From Harriotta raleighana (taxonomy: Eukaryota), in the NCBI GenBank assembly GCA_050575255.1, contig JBNZDD010013687.1, positions 3,447,377 through 3,511,376 on the forward strand: DNA of 64,000 bases, written 5' to 3'. Made by a program: the position numbers and the translations under genes. The notes under the pieces are model-generated. The model worked only from the letters and a program-made list of their open reading frames with translations, ran no database searches and was not told the origin of the DNA. Positions 40,462-52,849 of the stretch are shown here, in pieces; position 1 is the first letter of the stretch; every line of letters begins with the position of its first letter.

Positions 40462-41270
40462 CATTTAGTCTAGTCCAATGTCCAATTCATTAAACTACAC
40501 CTCAGTGAAACCATCACATGGTATCATATTATTTGTAAAATACTGTATAGCATTTTAGTCTATCCATAGGATGGTTCATTTAGAACTAATGATTGTATCT
40601 CCAGTGCTGTCAATTCAATACCCTGAAGATGTTGCCCTTAGTAACTAATCTGAATTAATACTCCTGATGCTGCATCAGAACTCAAGATCTGAACAAATAT
40701 AATAATCATTGCATTTAATATCAACGTAGCACTTTGGTGAAACATCTCAATATATTTGTAGATATCAATTTGCATGCAACAGTGTCCCACAAAAAAACCA
40801 TCATGTGAATGACTAGTTTTTAATCAGGAGGGATCTTTAACATGCACATAAACAGCAGTTTAACATCTCATCCAAATGACAACATGTCAGACACTGACAT
40901 GCTCTCCAGTACTGTACTGAATGTTAGAACTAACTGAGCTCACAGTCCTGACATTGTGCTTGAACTCACAACTTTCTGACTCGGAGGTGAAAGTGTTATC
41001 AACTGAACCAGACTGACACTGTTAAAGTATTAAAATGTTTTAAGAAGTATTGAAAGCCAAAAAAAATCTTATGTGCAATTCTTCACGAATTCCTTTTTTA
41101 AATAGTGTATAAGAATATACACCATTAAGAATATATCTCTCGACTGTTTATCATTTAGTCTAGTCCAACGTGGAATTCATTAAACTACTCCTCAGTGAAA
41201 CCATCACATGCTATCATATTATTTGTAAAATACTGTATAGCATTTTAGTCTATTCATAGGATGGTTCATT
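40462..41270 (+). repeat. 119-bp direct repeat pair (40462-40580 and 41152-41270)
   Basis: Gapless manual alignment with 6 mismatches. Confidence 0.92.
40701..41019 (-). mobile_element. tRNA-derived SINE with Deu-like domain
   Basis: Reverse strand starts gtgtcagtctggttcagttgataacactttcacctccgagtcagaaagttgtgagttcaagc (A/B boxes) and contains 'ttggatgagatgttaaactg'. Confidence 0.7.
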
Positions 41271-44019
41271 CTAATTATTATTTATTCTATATTTGATGAG
41301 ATACATGGGCAAATCATTGGGTGGTAGAACAACCTTGTTCAATATTGAAACACGTTTAAAAGTCAAAGTGCAACATTGAACTAATTTATCCCTGAAACTT
41401 GATGCCACTAATATTAATATTGTGAAGATGGGGACTACAAATTATTAAATAATCATGTGTAGAGTTTTGTTATTTAAAGGAAACGTGTAGTGCAACCCAG
41501 GTCATTTTTGGAGAAGAGTTACAAATCAGAATTGCTTACCGAAGCTGTCCTTTATTGTATTGCCACACCAACTTCTCATCTTCTATCCCACTCGCTCTGC
41601 AAACAAGGAAACGATGAGAGTTTTATTGGAAGTACAGTACTGTTTTGCTGGATCACAATCGCTCTTTGGAGAATATTTAATTACATTCAGAAATACATTG
41701 TATCGTGACTACTAAGAAGTGTGAAAGAACCATTTTCATGAAACTAAAACAATGTAGCGAGAATTGAAGATCAGGGATCAGTTTGTACCCGATTATCTTC
41801 TACCACAAATGAAATAATAAAGAGATAATTCCAAATGGCCCACATTCTCGGAACTTTTGTGTTAATAAAACATGGGGCGCGCAGGTAGGTTTTTTGTGCT
41901 TTGGTGTAAAATCATAATTTCAAATGGGTTCGTTGCTCTACATACATAACACAAAACTGCGTTGACTCCCCACACCCCAATATTTCAGTTTTATTATCTT
42001 CATTTCTTTGCTCCTGTCGTTTCGAACCTTTTGAATGTTCTGCTGTCCTGCCAGTGTGTCATTATACAAATCCTATTTTTTGTGTTAAAAGACGTCAAAA
42101 GACGCATTTTCTCCGGCAGATTCAAACCTCTCTGTCTTATTCCTTGTGTTAATGGAAGTTCTGCACAAATAATTTAACGTTTAACGTTCGCCTTTGAACA
42201 TTAATAAATGTGTTGCTAAATTGATACTGGAGCGCATAATATTCTCGGAATTGAATAAAAAAAACTATTCCCAAAGGTGTCACACATAATTGACTAGGTA
42301 GTGAAATTATTTCAGGTGATAGGTTGTGAGATATTGATATTATTGTACATTTAGTAACAGATTTCCCTTCCGACACAAATATTTACTATTGGAATTAAAA
42401 TCTGAAGAGCAAAAAGGTAAAAATTAACATTATCTGCAGGCACTCCGAATTTACGAGAAAAAAAGACTTCTGGTACAGTATAAAGTAAATAAATGGTATT
42501 TACAGCTGGCTGTTTGCAGATGAATCAAAATGCAAATTAAGTGCAAGTTACTCTGTGATATTTTACCGAACTTTCAATGCTGCCCTTGGCACTATATATA
42601 AAAGGAATTATTATTCTTACGAATTGATCTCTCTGGAACAAAAACTTTTTCTGCTGTATTAAATTGCCCAGTATCCTCAGTGTCGTTCGTGTCCCTTATA
42701 CGCACTCTGAAACAAATGGAACTCACTCCCCGTTTGGTTTTGGATACTCTTAAACATGGTGATTGATTTCAGGATGTGTCCTCCCATCACTAGATAGCTG
42801 ACTATCCCCTCCCCCCAAAAAAAACTGGACCAAGAAACATTCACCATGCGTGAGAAACAAAATACAGCCCACCATTGAATGGTAAATCAATCCCTTGATA
42901 TTTGCCTGATCCCGATTCCTTCTAACACACATTACTAGGAATGCAATCGCGCATGAGCCGAGGACAAATGGGATGTGCAATATGTGATGCACAGCAGTCA
43001 GTGAGTGAGTGAGCGGTGGACGAAGTGACAACCAGCACCAAACTTTGTGGTAACATCAATCAAGAACTGGGCACGGGCGCTGCACGCGCCAGATGACACT
43101 CCCATGACAGTTACATCTCCAAACCCACAAACCAACCACCTTCTTAAACACCAAGCTCATCCGCTCATTCCCTGCAGGATTTCTTTTAAATACAAAAAAA
43201 TGTTTAACTGCCTGAAAAGCGGGGCCGGTTGCACATTGAAACGCGCAGAGTAACAGTCACATAGTTTATAAACTGCTTGTCGGGTTACTTTAAACCACAA
43301 ATCATCAAACAATCCCCCCCTCACCACATACACAGGGGGAAAAACACGGCGGTTCTTCTCACTCATATTTCTGCACTAACCATTGGCCAGTTAGCTTACG
43401 GGAGATCCACACTCTGCAGAAAGAAAAGCATGTTTGTTGTTGAAAATGTTTATAAGGCGGCTCTCACAGGTGGCCACATGAACGCGTCGGCGGTCGGACA
43501 CGCGCGCCGCCAGCCACAGCTACAAAAGCAAGCCAGCCCACGGTTACTTTTTTTAAAAAAAAACCTGCTGAGGACAAGTCGAGGCAGCCAAGACCGGTTG
43601 CTGTGCGGCGTCTAAACCAAGTTATTTAATGTATAATAAATACCTCGAGCATTGGAGCCGTTTGTTTTCTTTTTCAAACAAAAATATAATTCCCCTTTTA
43701 TATCACTATTTTTATTTCTCATTTATATACAGTACAGAAGAGATAGAGAGAGAGACTGGTGTCGTCCCCCCACACCAGGGGAACGGATTCTCTTGACACT
43801 CGAGGGTATGACAGAGAAGACACCAGTCTTGACCCGGACCAGAAATTAAAAACACATTTACTGTAAAGTCAACCAGAGTATTAGCACCCCCCACATATAC
43901 ATTACACATACAAAGTAGCTCAATATTATACCTTGACTACTTTGAGGTAGCAGAGCAGCCGATTTAGGGTTCTGTGCCTTTGAAATTCTGTATGGCAAAG
44001 GGTCCTCAAAATGAAGGAA

Positions 44020-44402
44020 GAGGCGGGGGGCGGAAACAACAGTTTTTGCCGGTTTAATAAAAAAAATTAAAAATCGACTTTTTGCGAGCGCGCTCGTCCA
44101 ATAAAAACACGCCTCATTGGGCTTGATTGGGCGTAAAGCCGCCCAATCTTCAACTCTCTCTGCTCTTCGCCCCCACCCGCCCCATTCAAAAAACGTTCAG
44201 ATCCCAACGGTCGGGAAAGTCGTGCGCGTGCACGACGTGACGTACCCCCAGCCCCCCACGCGCGCGCGCACACACTCACACGTGAGGTGGCGGAGCGGAG
44301 CATCACGATTGGCTGCCAAAGCGCCGAGCGCCAGAATTGCTGTTAAGCGTGAACGAACCGGCAGCGAGTTATAGCTCGAGCTCGTCAGCTTCCAGTCCCA
44401 GG
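44020..44402 (+). promoter_or_regulatory. NPAS3: CpG-island promoter of NPAS3 (upstream start)
   Basis: Sharp CpG enrichment in a CpG-depleted background. GC box GGGCGG at 44028; CCAAT/ATTGG at 44098, 44116, 44126, 44143 and 44308; CACGTG at 44279; TGACGTA at 44238. Lies directly upstream of an NPAS3 first coding exon. Confidence 0.8.
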
Positions 44403-44729
44403 GTAAGTTGGGAGAGGGGGGCTTCACTTTCTCCAGCCAAATTGCAGCAAGTTTGAAAACCGTCTTCCAATCCTTTTTCCTCCTTCACCGGATCGACATG
44501 TCATTTTCCACCGTTTAAGCTGCGTGCATCACAGTTACCGAATAGACATACCTCTCTCGTTCTCTCTCTCGCTCTCTCTCTCTATATATAAAGAAAATAA
44601 AGGTAAGCCCACCCTCACGGAGTGGAAGTTATCACTAATGGGATTGAAGTTCAACTTGATACTCAAGAGAAAACCGCAGTTCACTAAGACGCAACCGTGG
44701 AGCTGGCCATTGGTGATCCTAGCGCGGGG

Positions 44730-44884
44730 ATGATCAGGATTTTCCCGGATTTCAGTGTGCAAGTAACGGCAGCAACTGGTGGAGGAGGCGCCGCGGTTAC
44801 TGCTGCACCTGGAGTGGGGAGACCCGCCGCCGCAGCTGCTAATGGGACGCCCCAGAACGTGGGGCTCACATCTTACCAACAACG
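44730..44884 (+). CDS. NPAS3: NPAS3 upstream alternative first coding exon (155 nt, ends phase 2)
   Basis: MIRIFPDFSVQVTAATGGGGAAVTAAPGVGRPAAAAANGTPQNVGLTSYQQ(R), then CG|gtaagt. Matches the recalled NPAS3 N-terminus 'GRAGAAANGTPQNVQGITSYQQR'. Confidence 0.88.
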
Positions 44885-45618
44885 GTAAGTGTCTCTGATA
44901 AGAATATTCTGTCATATTCTCGCCGCACTTGGTAAATCCTCAGATTGCATGCACTCAACGGGGATTTTCTTAATTCCCTTCTAGCCCCCCCCCTCCCACA
45001 CACACACCTCAATATTTGGCATCTGCTTTTCCAAACAAACAAAAAAATTAAATTTTATATTAATTTGCGTAGCGCAATGGGTTTTAGTTGAATTGGTACC
45101 AATTGCCACATGTTACCAATAAGTTATGCACGAAAGTTAATTTAGAAATATTACTACCAACATGTGGCAGAAACGCATTAAACATCCTTGCAGCTTGTCT
45201 CAGCGGCTTGGGAGAAACGCGGTGCCTTCTACAAATATTAAATATTTGACAAAAACTCTCCTATTAAGAGGGGGGAGAGGAAGCTGTAAATATACCAGAG
45301 TGCAGGAAGGGAAGATGAGGAGCAAACATATAGGCAGATGCGCTAAACGAAACGCTCCTTAACTCAAGGCCCAGTTCTTATAACCCAAATAATTTTATCC
45401 GCTCCTTGTAATCCATTAGTTTAAAAAACAGAAATCTTGATGAAACTATCATTGACTGTTTATTTCTGCGTCTACTGTGCTTGCTATAAGCAATACCCTT
45501 GTGGTATCTGCCAAATTCGAATCTAAAGATCAAAGTTATTTATATGCGTGTATTTTGAGATATTCCCCCAAAAAATTCAGTGTTGCTATTTTCGGGGGGG
45601 GGGGGGGGGGGGGGGGGG

Positions 45619-45751
45619 NNNNNNNNNNNNNNNNNNNNNNNNNNNNNNNNNNNNNNNNNNNNNNNNNNNNNNNNNNNNNNNNNNNNNNNNNNNNNNNNNN
45701 NNNNNNNNNNNNNNNNNNNNNNNNNNNNNNNNNNNNNNNNNNNNNNNNNNN
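45619..45751. other. Assembly gap next to a poly-G run
   Basis: Run of N preceded by a long G homopolymer. Confidence 1.
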
Positions 45752-47559
45752 NTGTTGTGTGTGGGGGAGCGGAGATGATTGCTTTTAAACGGTGCTACTT
45801 TAAATCTTATTAGGCAGGACTAAGTTAAATGTTTCTTTTCCTTAAACAGGTTCTTTTGAAATGTAACTTTCTTTGCTATGTAATATACAAAATAAATGTT
45901 ATACTCACAACAACATAAACAAATTAGTCGGTTTTGTAAACTAACCACGGGGCAAACATGTAGCCATTGATGTATTGAAATAAAATAGAAACAATGAAAA
46001 TGTAAACAATAAAACTATGTAGATAACGGTCTCAAAATATGAAATATCTAACTAGGATAGTGGAATTTGAAGACCAATAAGTTTTTCTGAACTCGTAAGT
46101 GAGATATTTTAGGTATTTCCGCGATTTGTGGATAAAGAGTATTTAATATACTTTTACAATTCCAAAAGTATCCAACATTTTTGAAAATGTTATGTGGTTA
46201 CGAGACCGATTGAACAAAATAAGTATCTCCACTGTAATTCTTTTTAACCAACACAGTGTAGAGTACAATAATTATAACCTCGAGAATACTTTTAGTAGGA
46301 GTAAAGTGGGTGCTATTTCGGCAACGCCTAGGAAACAATCACAATATGAATGGAATTGTTTTCGCATTTTATGGAGCTAGTTTATTGTGATTTGTAACTA
46401 ACGCCAACTATGATATTTCATTACATAGTTCTCGATTTTTTAAATGAAGAGAAAGTTACCAAAATGATTAGTGCGTATCATTGACAAATTCTTAACATTC
46501 ATTGTGCAAGCATAATGTGCCCAGCAAAATATGAGGTTCTTGCGCTAGAACAAATACCTTATCGCAACTTAGTGTTGCAATGAGTACCAGACCAACCCAA
46601 ATAAGTTACTACACTTCTCAAAATTGGATCAAGATGTTGCGTTTCTTATTTGCATTGAAAAATACTATTTTTGAATGGAAAGAAAAATACATGACATTGT
46701 ATACTATTTTTGTATACTTTTTTAAAAAAAGTTAGCATTTTTCCAACTCTCAGACCACGTATCAGCTGAATAACCTGTTACTTCATGGCCAAGGATTTGT
46801 CATGTTTTTCTACAATTTATTTTTGGATTTCGCCAAATGCCCATCTATGGTTTTGTAACAATGAGTTTTAATTAGATTGCCACATTTTGTATAATTGCAC
46901 GTGATTTGAAAACTGCACTTCAAAGTACCTGTCACACTTTAAATCAAAATGAAACGTCCTCGCTTTGCGCGAGTGACTGTAACATTTAGGTGACACACTT
47001 GAAACACGCTTCAGTTTTATTGATGGAGTTTTAAGTTGATTGCTTGCAGAATATTTTGCCAAAACATTCAAAGGAAGTTGCAAAACACGGAACATCTTTA
47101 GATAAATATTTTATAAAACATGTAATTGCTACTGTGATCAGCAGGACACCATTCATCCTGTGGTATCTGGCTTGCGGATGCTTTAGTAAATCATTGACGA
47201 AAGGAAATCTAGATTTTAATAATAATCACAACAATCATTTTGCCAGGAAGTATGTTTTTAAGGAAACCCTACAATAATTACTGGGACATATGCCAGGAGG
47301 CTTGGGTGACATTTACAAATGGAATAGGGTTTACATTAGACCAAACCACACAGCATTTTTTTTTCTAAATAAGATCATTTGTGTTTTGAATGTCACGTAT
47401 CTCTTTAATATTATGCAATAAAGTCGAAGCCTTTAAATCCGGTTGCTTAGATCCCATCTATAATGTGGTATTATATCAAATCTCAGCTATGCTTTATAAA
47501 GTGAATAAAATAACAACTGAGTGGCGTAGTTGCGCCAGTTACAGTAATGTGTCCCTGGA

Positions 47560-48042
47560 AAGAGAGAGGGAGGGAGAGAGCGAGCGAGCAGCTAGAAAGA
47601 GACTCACACACACACATACGCATAGATACAGCGAGCGGAACATCGGCATTGAAAATGTACTAAGACTTTCTCCGGCAAAGGGAATCGAAGCTCTCCGCGA
47701 AAGTGTGCAGCGGTATGATGGTGTTGGTCGCTGTTTGCCGGCTTGCACTTGCAGCTTCAACACCGTGCTATGTTTCTCGGATTATTTGAGGTGCAGCCAA
47801 GGCTCTCTTTACTTTTCTTGGCATGCTGGTTGGCCCTGACTCGTGCTTTCTACACAGCGCTTCTCACTTCTCCTCTCTGATGGCTGGTAATTCCGGAGCC
47901 AGACAGTTAGACTGGACTTAACCGTAACTCCGCAATGGCTTTCCTCAAATAGTACTCGAGCCGTTCCACCGCACCATCTTAGGAAAAAAATAAAACAAAA
48001 AAATACAAACAAAAAAAAGCAAAGTAACGGCTGACGAGAAAA
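47560..48042 (+). promoter_or_regulatory. NPAS3: Second NPAS3 promoter / long CpG-rich 5' leader
   Basis: GA- and CA-repeat tracts followed by CpG-rich sequence leading to the ATG at 48043. Confidence 0.55.
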
Positions 48043-48092
48043 ATGGCGCCCACCAAGCAAGGCTTCCAGCACGATCCTTCAAGACGTGAACG
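48043..48092 (+). CDS. NPAS3: NPAS3 canonical first coding exon (50 nt, ends phase 2)
   Basis: aaaATGG start context; MAPTKQGFQHDPSRRE(R), then CG|gtaacg. Human NPAS3 begins MAPTKPSFQQDPSRRER as recalled. Confidence 0.93.
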
Positions 48093-48215
48093 GTAACGAC
48101 AGCTGTTTTGGGATGTGATTCTGCATATTTGTGTGTTGCCATGGTACTTTGTTCGGAGTTTGGCTTGACCTGCCAGCTACCGAGTGCCGCCGCAACCCCT
48201 TTTTCTCCCCCTCCC

Positions 48216-48245
48216 NNNNNNNNNNNNNNNNNNNNNNNNNNNNNN
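48216..48245. other. Assembly gap next to a poly-C run
   Basis: Run of N flanked by C tracts. Confidence 1.
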
Positions 48246-51200
48246 TCCCCCCCCCCCCCCCCCCCCCCCTCCCCGTCCAGGAGCCGGGTAAATAGACGGC
48301 CATTCGCCCGCTCGTCCCTGCCGGGATCCGCCGTTGCGAAGAGCCACATTTTTCATTCATAGCTTTACCTGTCCCACCTTCATTTGCAAAAGAATGCATG
48401 CCCATTCTTTGATTTTTCTAAGTATTTCTTTTCATTGCATTGCAGAAACAGGGCCTATGACACTAATTTGAGAGGCCACCATTGCTCTACTGTTCGGTGT
48501 ACACTAGGCCGAACTGGAGAGAAGCTTTCCTTGACAGGAGCCTGCTATTGTAATAAAGCGGTATGAGGTTAGGATTACAAATTTGCATAAAATAACAGAA
48601 AATAGTTGCGGACTAAAAATGAACTAAACAAATACATGTAAAATGAAAACCTCAAATAACATTGATAAACCTACAGAAATATACAGTATTAAGTTTTTAA
48701 GCATTCTTAATTTAAATATGATTAAACTTTCTAAAAGATTTCTGTTCCCAATGCTTTACTTGGTGCAGGTAAAGTTTAAACATTGAAGTTAACATAAACT
48801 AAATATTGGTCTTGCAGTGCACAAAATATAAAAACTGGGCCTTGACATTAAAACAAATGCAATTTTGATCTAGATAAACCGCTAAATTATATGCTTCAAT
48901 TTCTTCCTTTAGCTGTGTGCAGTCTGAGGCAGAGCTACCTTATTTGGGTATACTGGTTGATTATTGTTGCTGAACAAAATCAGCCATGCAATAAATTTCA
49001 AGAGGAAGGCAGTGTATGTGGGTTAATCTTCACATTTTAAAAATTTTAAGTGTCATACATTATCATGCATTCAGCAGTAGCCCTTCTGAAGAACTCAAAA
49101 GTTTTTCTGTTAATTTTTTCTGCTTTATTCAGAGGACCTTCATTCTGCTACCAAGCCTCAGTCATGCCAAGGTATGAAATGTATAGTTATTAGAGGATTT
49201 GCTTAAAACAGTTATCAGCATCACAACAATGAAATATGCCAGTTTCTTAAAGGCTTACATTTTGTATTGGTGTGTGTTTGTATATGTATACTGTATATTT
49301 AATAATGGAATTTCAGAAATATTAATGTACCCTGAAATAGGGTTGCCATAATGTGACCAAATAAGAATAACTATTTTGACAAATTAGATACTGCTTAATC
49401 ATATTTAATTGTGGTCCTAACCTGAAATGGTCACCAAAAGTCTAAAAATAAGTTCATTTACCGCCAAATTAAGTGAAGAATCAGAAAATAATTCAATTAA
49501 TACGGCAAAAAATATTATGATTCAGTGACAATTTACTATTTATTAAAATCAGAATCGAACTCTGAGAAAAAAATGGTTGCAGTAAATTATATATTTGTTA
49601 TTTAATGTTCAATTTAGATTTGCAAAAGCTCCGTATGACAGGGAAGCTCATTCCAAGTGTGCCTTTTTCTTCTGCTGAAGTAGTATTATAGTAAGTGCAT
49701 TCATGGTAAGGCAGCATTACTAATCTTCCTGGCTGAGCATAGGAGTATATTTTCATGCCATTCTGGGAATTTATCAGAGATCAGAATCTTCAAGATGGAA
49801 TTAATTTAGAGGAGAAACTTCATAGCTTGTGCATAAGTGCTTTCTTTATCACCTGTCTCCATTTGGCATTCTGAGAGGGTAAATCAAAGTGTGTGATTTG
49901 TTATTCTGCTCCACTTGAGAGTGGAACTAAATAACACTTGGTCAAAATTTCTGATAGAAGTTGTAGGAAGATATATTTAATTTGATGCTTCTTAATAGGT
50001 TCTTCTTTCTTTGCAGTGATGCTGTCATTTTGAAAGCTGGTGTGAATGAATTTGCTCATCAGGCAGGGAAGAAGTAATTATTCAAAATGAAATGGGGCTT
50101 GACTGGGATCACGGAGTTGTTAGTAGCCGTAGACTTTATTTGAATTGTGGTTTAGTGCTCATAGGTGAAAAAAGGACGAAGTGACTATTTTCATTCTTTA
50201 CTTTTTCAGCGTTTGTAACTTAATTTGGGATATTCTTGAACTTGGCTCACCTGGCTAGGGAGGTCATTGTATTACAAGTCTTATAAGTGTGCAATCTATT
50301 TAAATAAAATGTTCATAATATCCATCAAGAATGTGCAGTTATACAAGTTTTGAAGTACAAAACATTTCACATTTTCTAATGAATCTTCATTTATCTTGTT
50401 TTGAAATGAAATAACTGAAAGTAAATTGTGACGATTTAAATGAATGTTTTTGTTTTGAATGTAGAATGTTTCTTTTGTTTACCATGGAAATTGACAGCGA
50501 TTGGATCAAATTGTTTTCTGAGAAATGCTGTTATAGAATGTCTTAGAATTGAATTCTCGAGATACTCAAACCATCCCAATTGTTCATTGATTCTACACAT
50601 TCCTCAAGTATGATTTGTAGTTTTAAAAACAGGTGCACCAGGACTGCATTTGTCACATGCTGAAAAATGTAATTGTTGATCCTGTCTGAATTGCAGTCAT
50701 GTCTGTGACATTTTACAGGGTGTATCTTTCTATCAAAAGGTTTGTTTTAAACAAAATAGACTGAAAAAAATGAAACTTCAGTTTTTTTACACTGCAGTTT
50801 TTTTAAAAAAAAAGTCACTTGAAGTGGGTGATATCTGTTTTGTGCTTTACATTAAAGAGCACTGATACTGCAGCAAACTTGTTTACAAATCCTTGGCAGC
50901 AAAAAAAAGTGGTGCATGTTTGACTGTGACTCCCAGTGAGCTGCACTTTCTGATCAACCTAGGATCTACCCTTTATTTTCTAAAAGTTTCTGAAGTGAAG
51001 CTGCAGATATTGGAAGAATTGTGCATTGCTTGTTTGTCATTGTTTTTGAGTGACTTCTTGTACACCAGAATATCTCAAACCACAACTCCTCTAAAGTTTC
51101 AGTACCCTTGTCCTCAAGTTGCTAACTGTTGCTCTTGGGTTGTTTCATATTGGAGTTAGCATTGGTGAACTCCAAACTGAGTTATTCTCTATGTGAGTGA

Positions 51201-51589
51201 GAGGCAAGCATGATTTCCTTAGCGCTTAACTGGTTCCAATATGACATATTTGCCGACATATTTGGCAACACATTGTCTGAATCCAGCCAACCCTCTGTGG
51301 TGGTCTTGGTAATCTAGTTCCTGAGCCAGATAAGTCCACAGGACTCCAGGTCACTGCTGATGACTGCACAGCCAGCCTGGCTCATCAGTAGGTCTTGGAA
51401 AGGCAGATCAGTCAATGATGGCAGGTATTTTTGTTACTTGTCTCCCATTTACCCAGCATGCCAAAACTTTATTGGTTAGGGTGGTCCTAGCTGAATAAGT
51501 AGCAGGAAAGCTTGCCAGAATGTGCTTTCAATGCAAACTATGCATTTTAAAATTAATTGGACTCCAACAGAACCACATCGCATACTCTA

Positions 51590-51918
51590 TGGTCCACAAG
51601 ACTCGGCTCTTGCCAAACTGCACCGATTACCGTATCTTCTCCCGCACTTGGCTCTGTGACCATATCACCCCCACCCTCACATGACTCCACTGGCTTCCCT
51701 CCACTGAATTATATCCACATATAGGATACAGTTCAAGATTCTGGTCCGCCCCTTCAAAGCCCCCCATAGCCTTGCACCCCGCTACCATTGCAACCTCCTA
51801 ACCCCCTACCAACCTGTCTGCTCCTGCTCAGCGGGCTTGGATCCAGAATAGTCTGTCCAGTGCCTTGGGACGTCCTCCTGATGTGAAAGGTGCTGTACAG
51901 ATGTAATTTTGTTGTTGT
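51590..51918 (+). mobile_element. L2 LINE 3' fragment
   Basis: Decayed DHITPTLT*LHWLP...RIQFKIL coding, then tail gtgccttgggacgtcctcctgatgtgaaaggtgctgtacagatgtaattttgttgttgt. Confidence 0.75.
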
Positions 51919-52547
51919 AATACTATCCAGAAATTGGATAAGCAGCATGCAATCCTCCACTAATAAATATCTTTGCGAAATTGTCCATGTTTAGTTGGAA
52001 TGCGTTGAACTCTGTTTGGTTTGGATACTCTTGAGCATGGTAATGGTTTTCCATATATGTCAGACACCAAAAAAAAGCATTTGGTTCAGATTTAATCATC
52101 ATTTATTGTGTTGTAATGGATTAGATGTTCCTATCTATCAACATTGCTTCACTTTGATCAGTGCTTTTGAAATTTAATTGGACTTCATACTGAATACTTC
52201 ATTCTGTACATGTACCACTTAAGATATGCCTTCTTGTACCATGATAACTTTAGAATGAGTTCACTATCTGCAATAAAATCTTTGTGCTCTACAAGCATGT
52301 AGGTAATTTCTTCTATGACCTCTACATAAACTACTTGTGATCCAGCTGGGAGGTGGATGAGTTCAGCTTGGAATCTCATGGTTTCTGGCTTTTTTTTGTT
52401 CATTTGGGAATTATCTGAGTACCTCCTGTCAGCAGCATGTCTTGAGATAGGAATTTTATCACATAGGGAAAATTGCTAAAATGAATAATACTTACCAATC
52501 CATGACTGTGTGCATGTACAAGTATATAAATTATTTTGATAGAACAA

Positions 52548-52790
52548 AGTGTCAGTTTGGCTAACTTAGTGGCACTCTTGCCCCTGGATCAGAAGGTTGT
52601 TGGTTTCACATCAAGGCTTGAGATCAGAAAGTGGCAGTCTTCAACCTTGCAGACACTTGACATCACAGACCAGGATAAAATTTCAATGCAATACTGGGAG
52701 GGTGTAACATCGTCAGAGAAGCTTTTCTTTGGCTCAGATGTTAAATTGAGGTCCTACATAGCTGTTCAGGTGGATTTTGTAATTCCCATG
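52548..52790 (+). mobile_element. tRNA-derived SINE, 5' part
   Basis: gtgtcagtttggctaacttagtggcactcttgcccctggatcagaaggttgttggttt head and 'cagatgttaaattgaggtcc' core. Confidence 0.6.
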
Positions 52791-52849
52791 ACACTTCGTC
52801 CTTCAGATGTCCTTCGTCCAGAACATTTGATTATACATGTCAACAGTAT

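Noticed and set aside
44067-44915. Several overlapping GC-rich ORFs on both strands around the NPAS3 promoter
   Set aside because: Expected from stop-codon scarcity in a CpG island. Only 44730-44884 has recognisable homology and a donor.
45593-45618. Poly-G run (and poly-C at ~48247-48269) as G-quadruplex regulators
   Set aside because: Both abut assembly gaps, so their length and context are unreliable.
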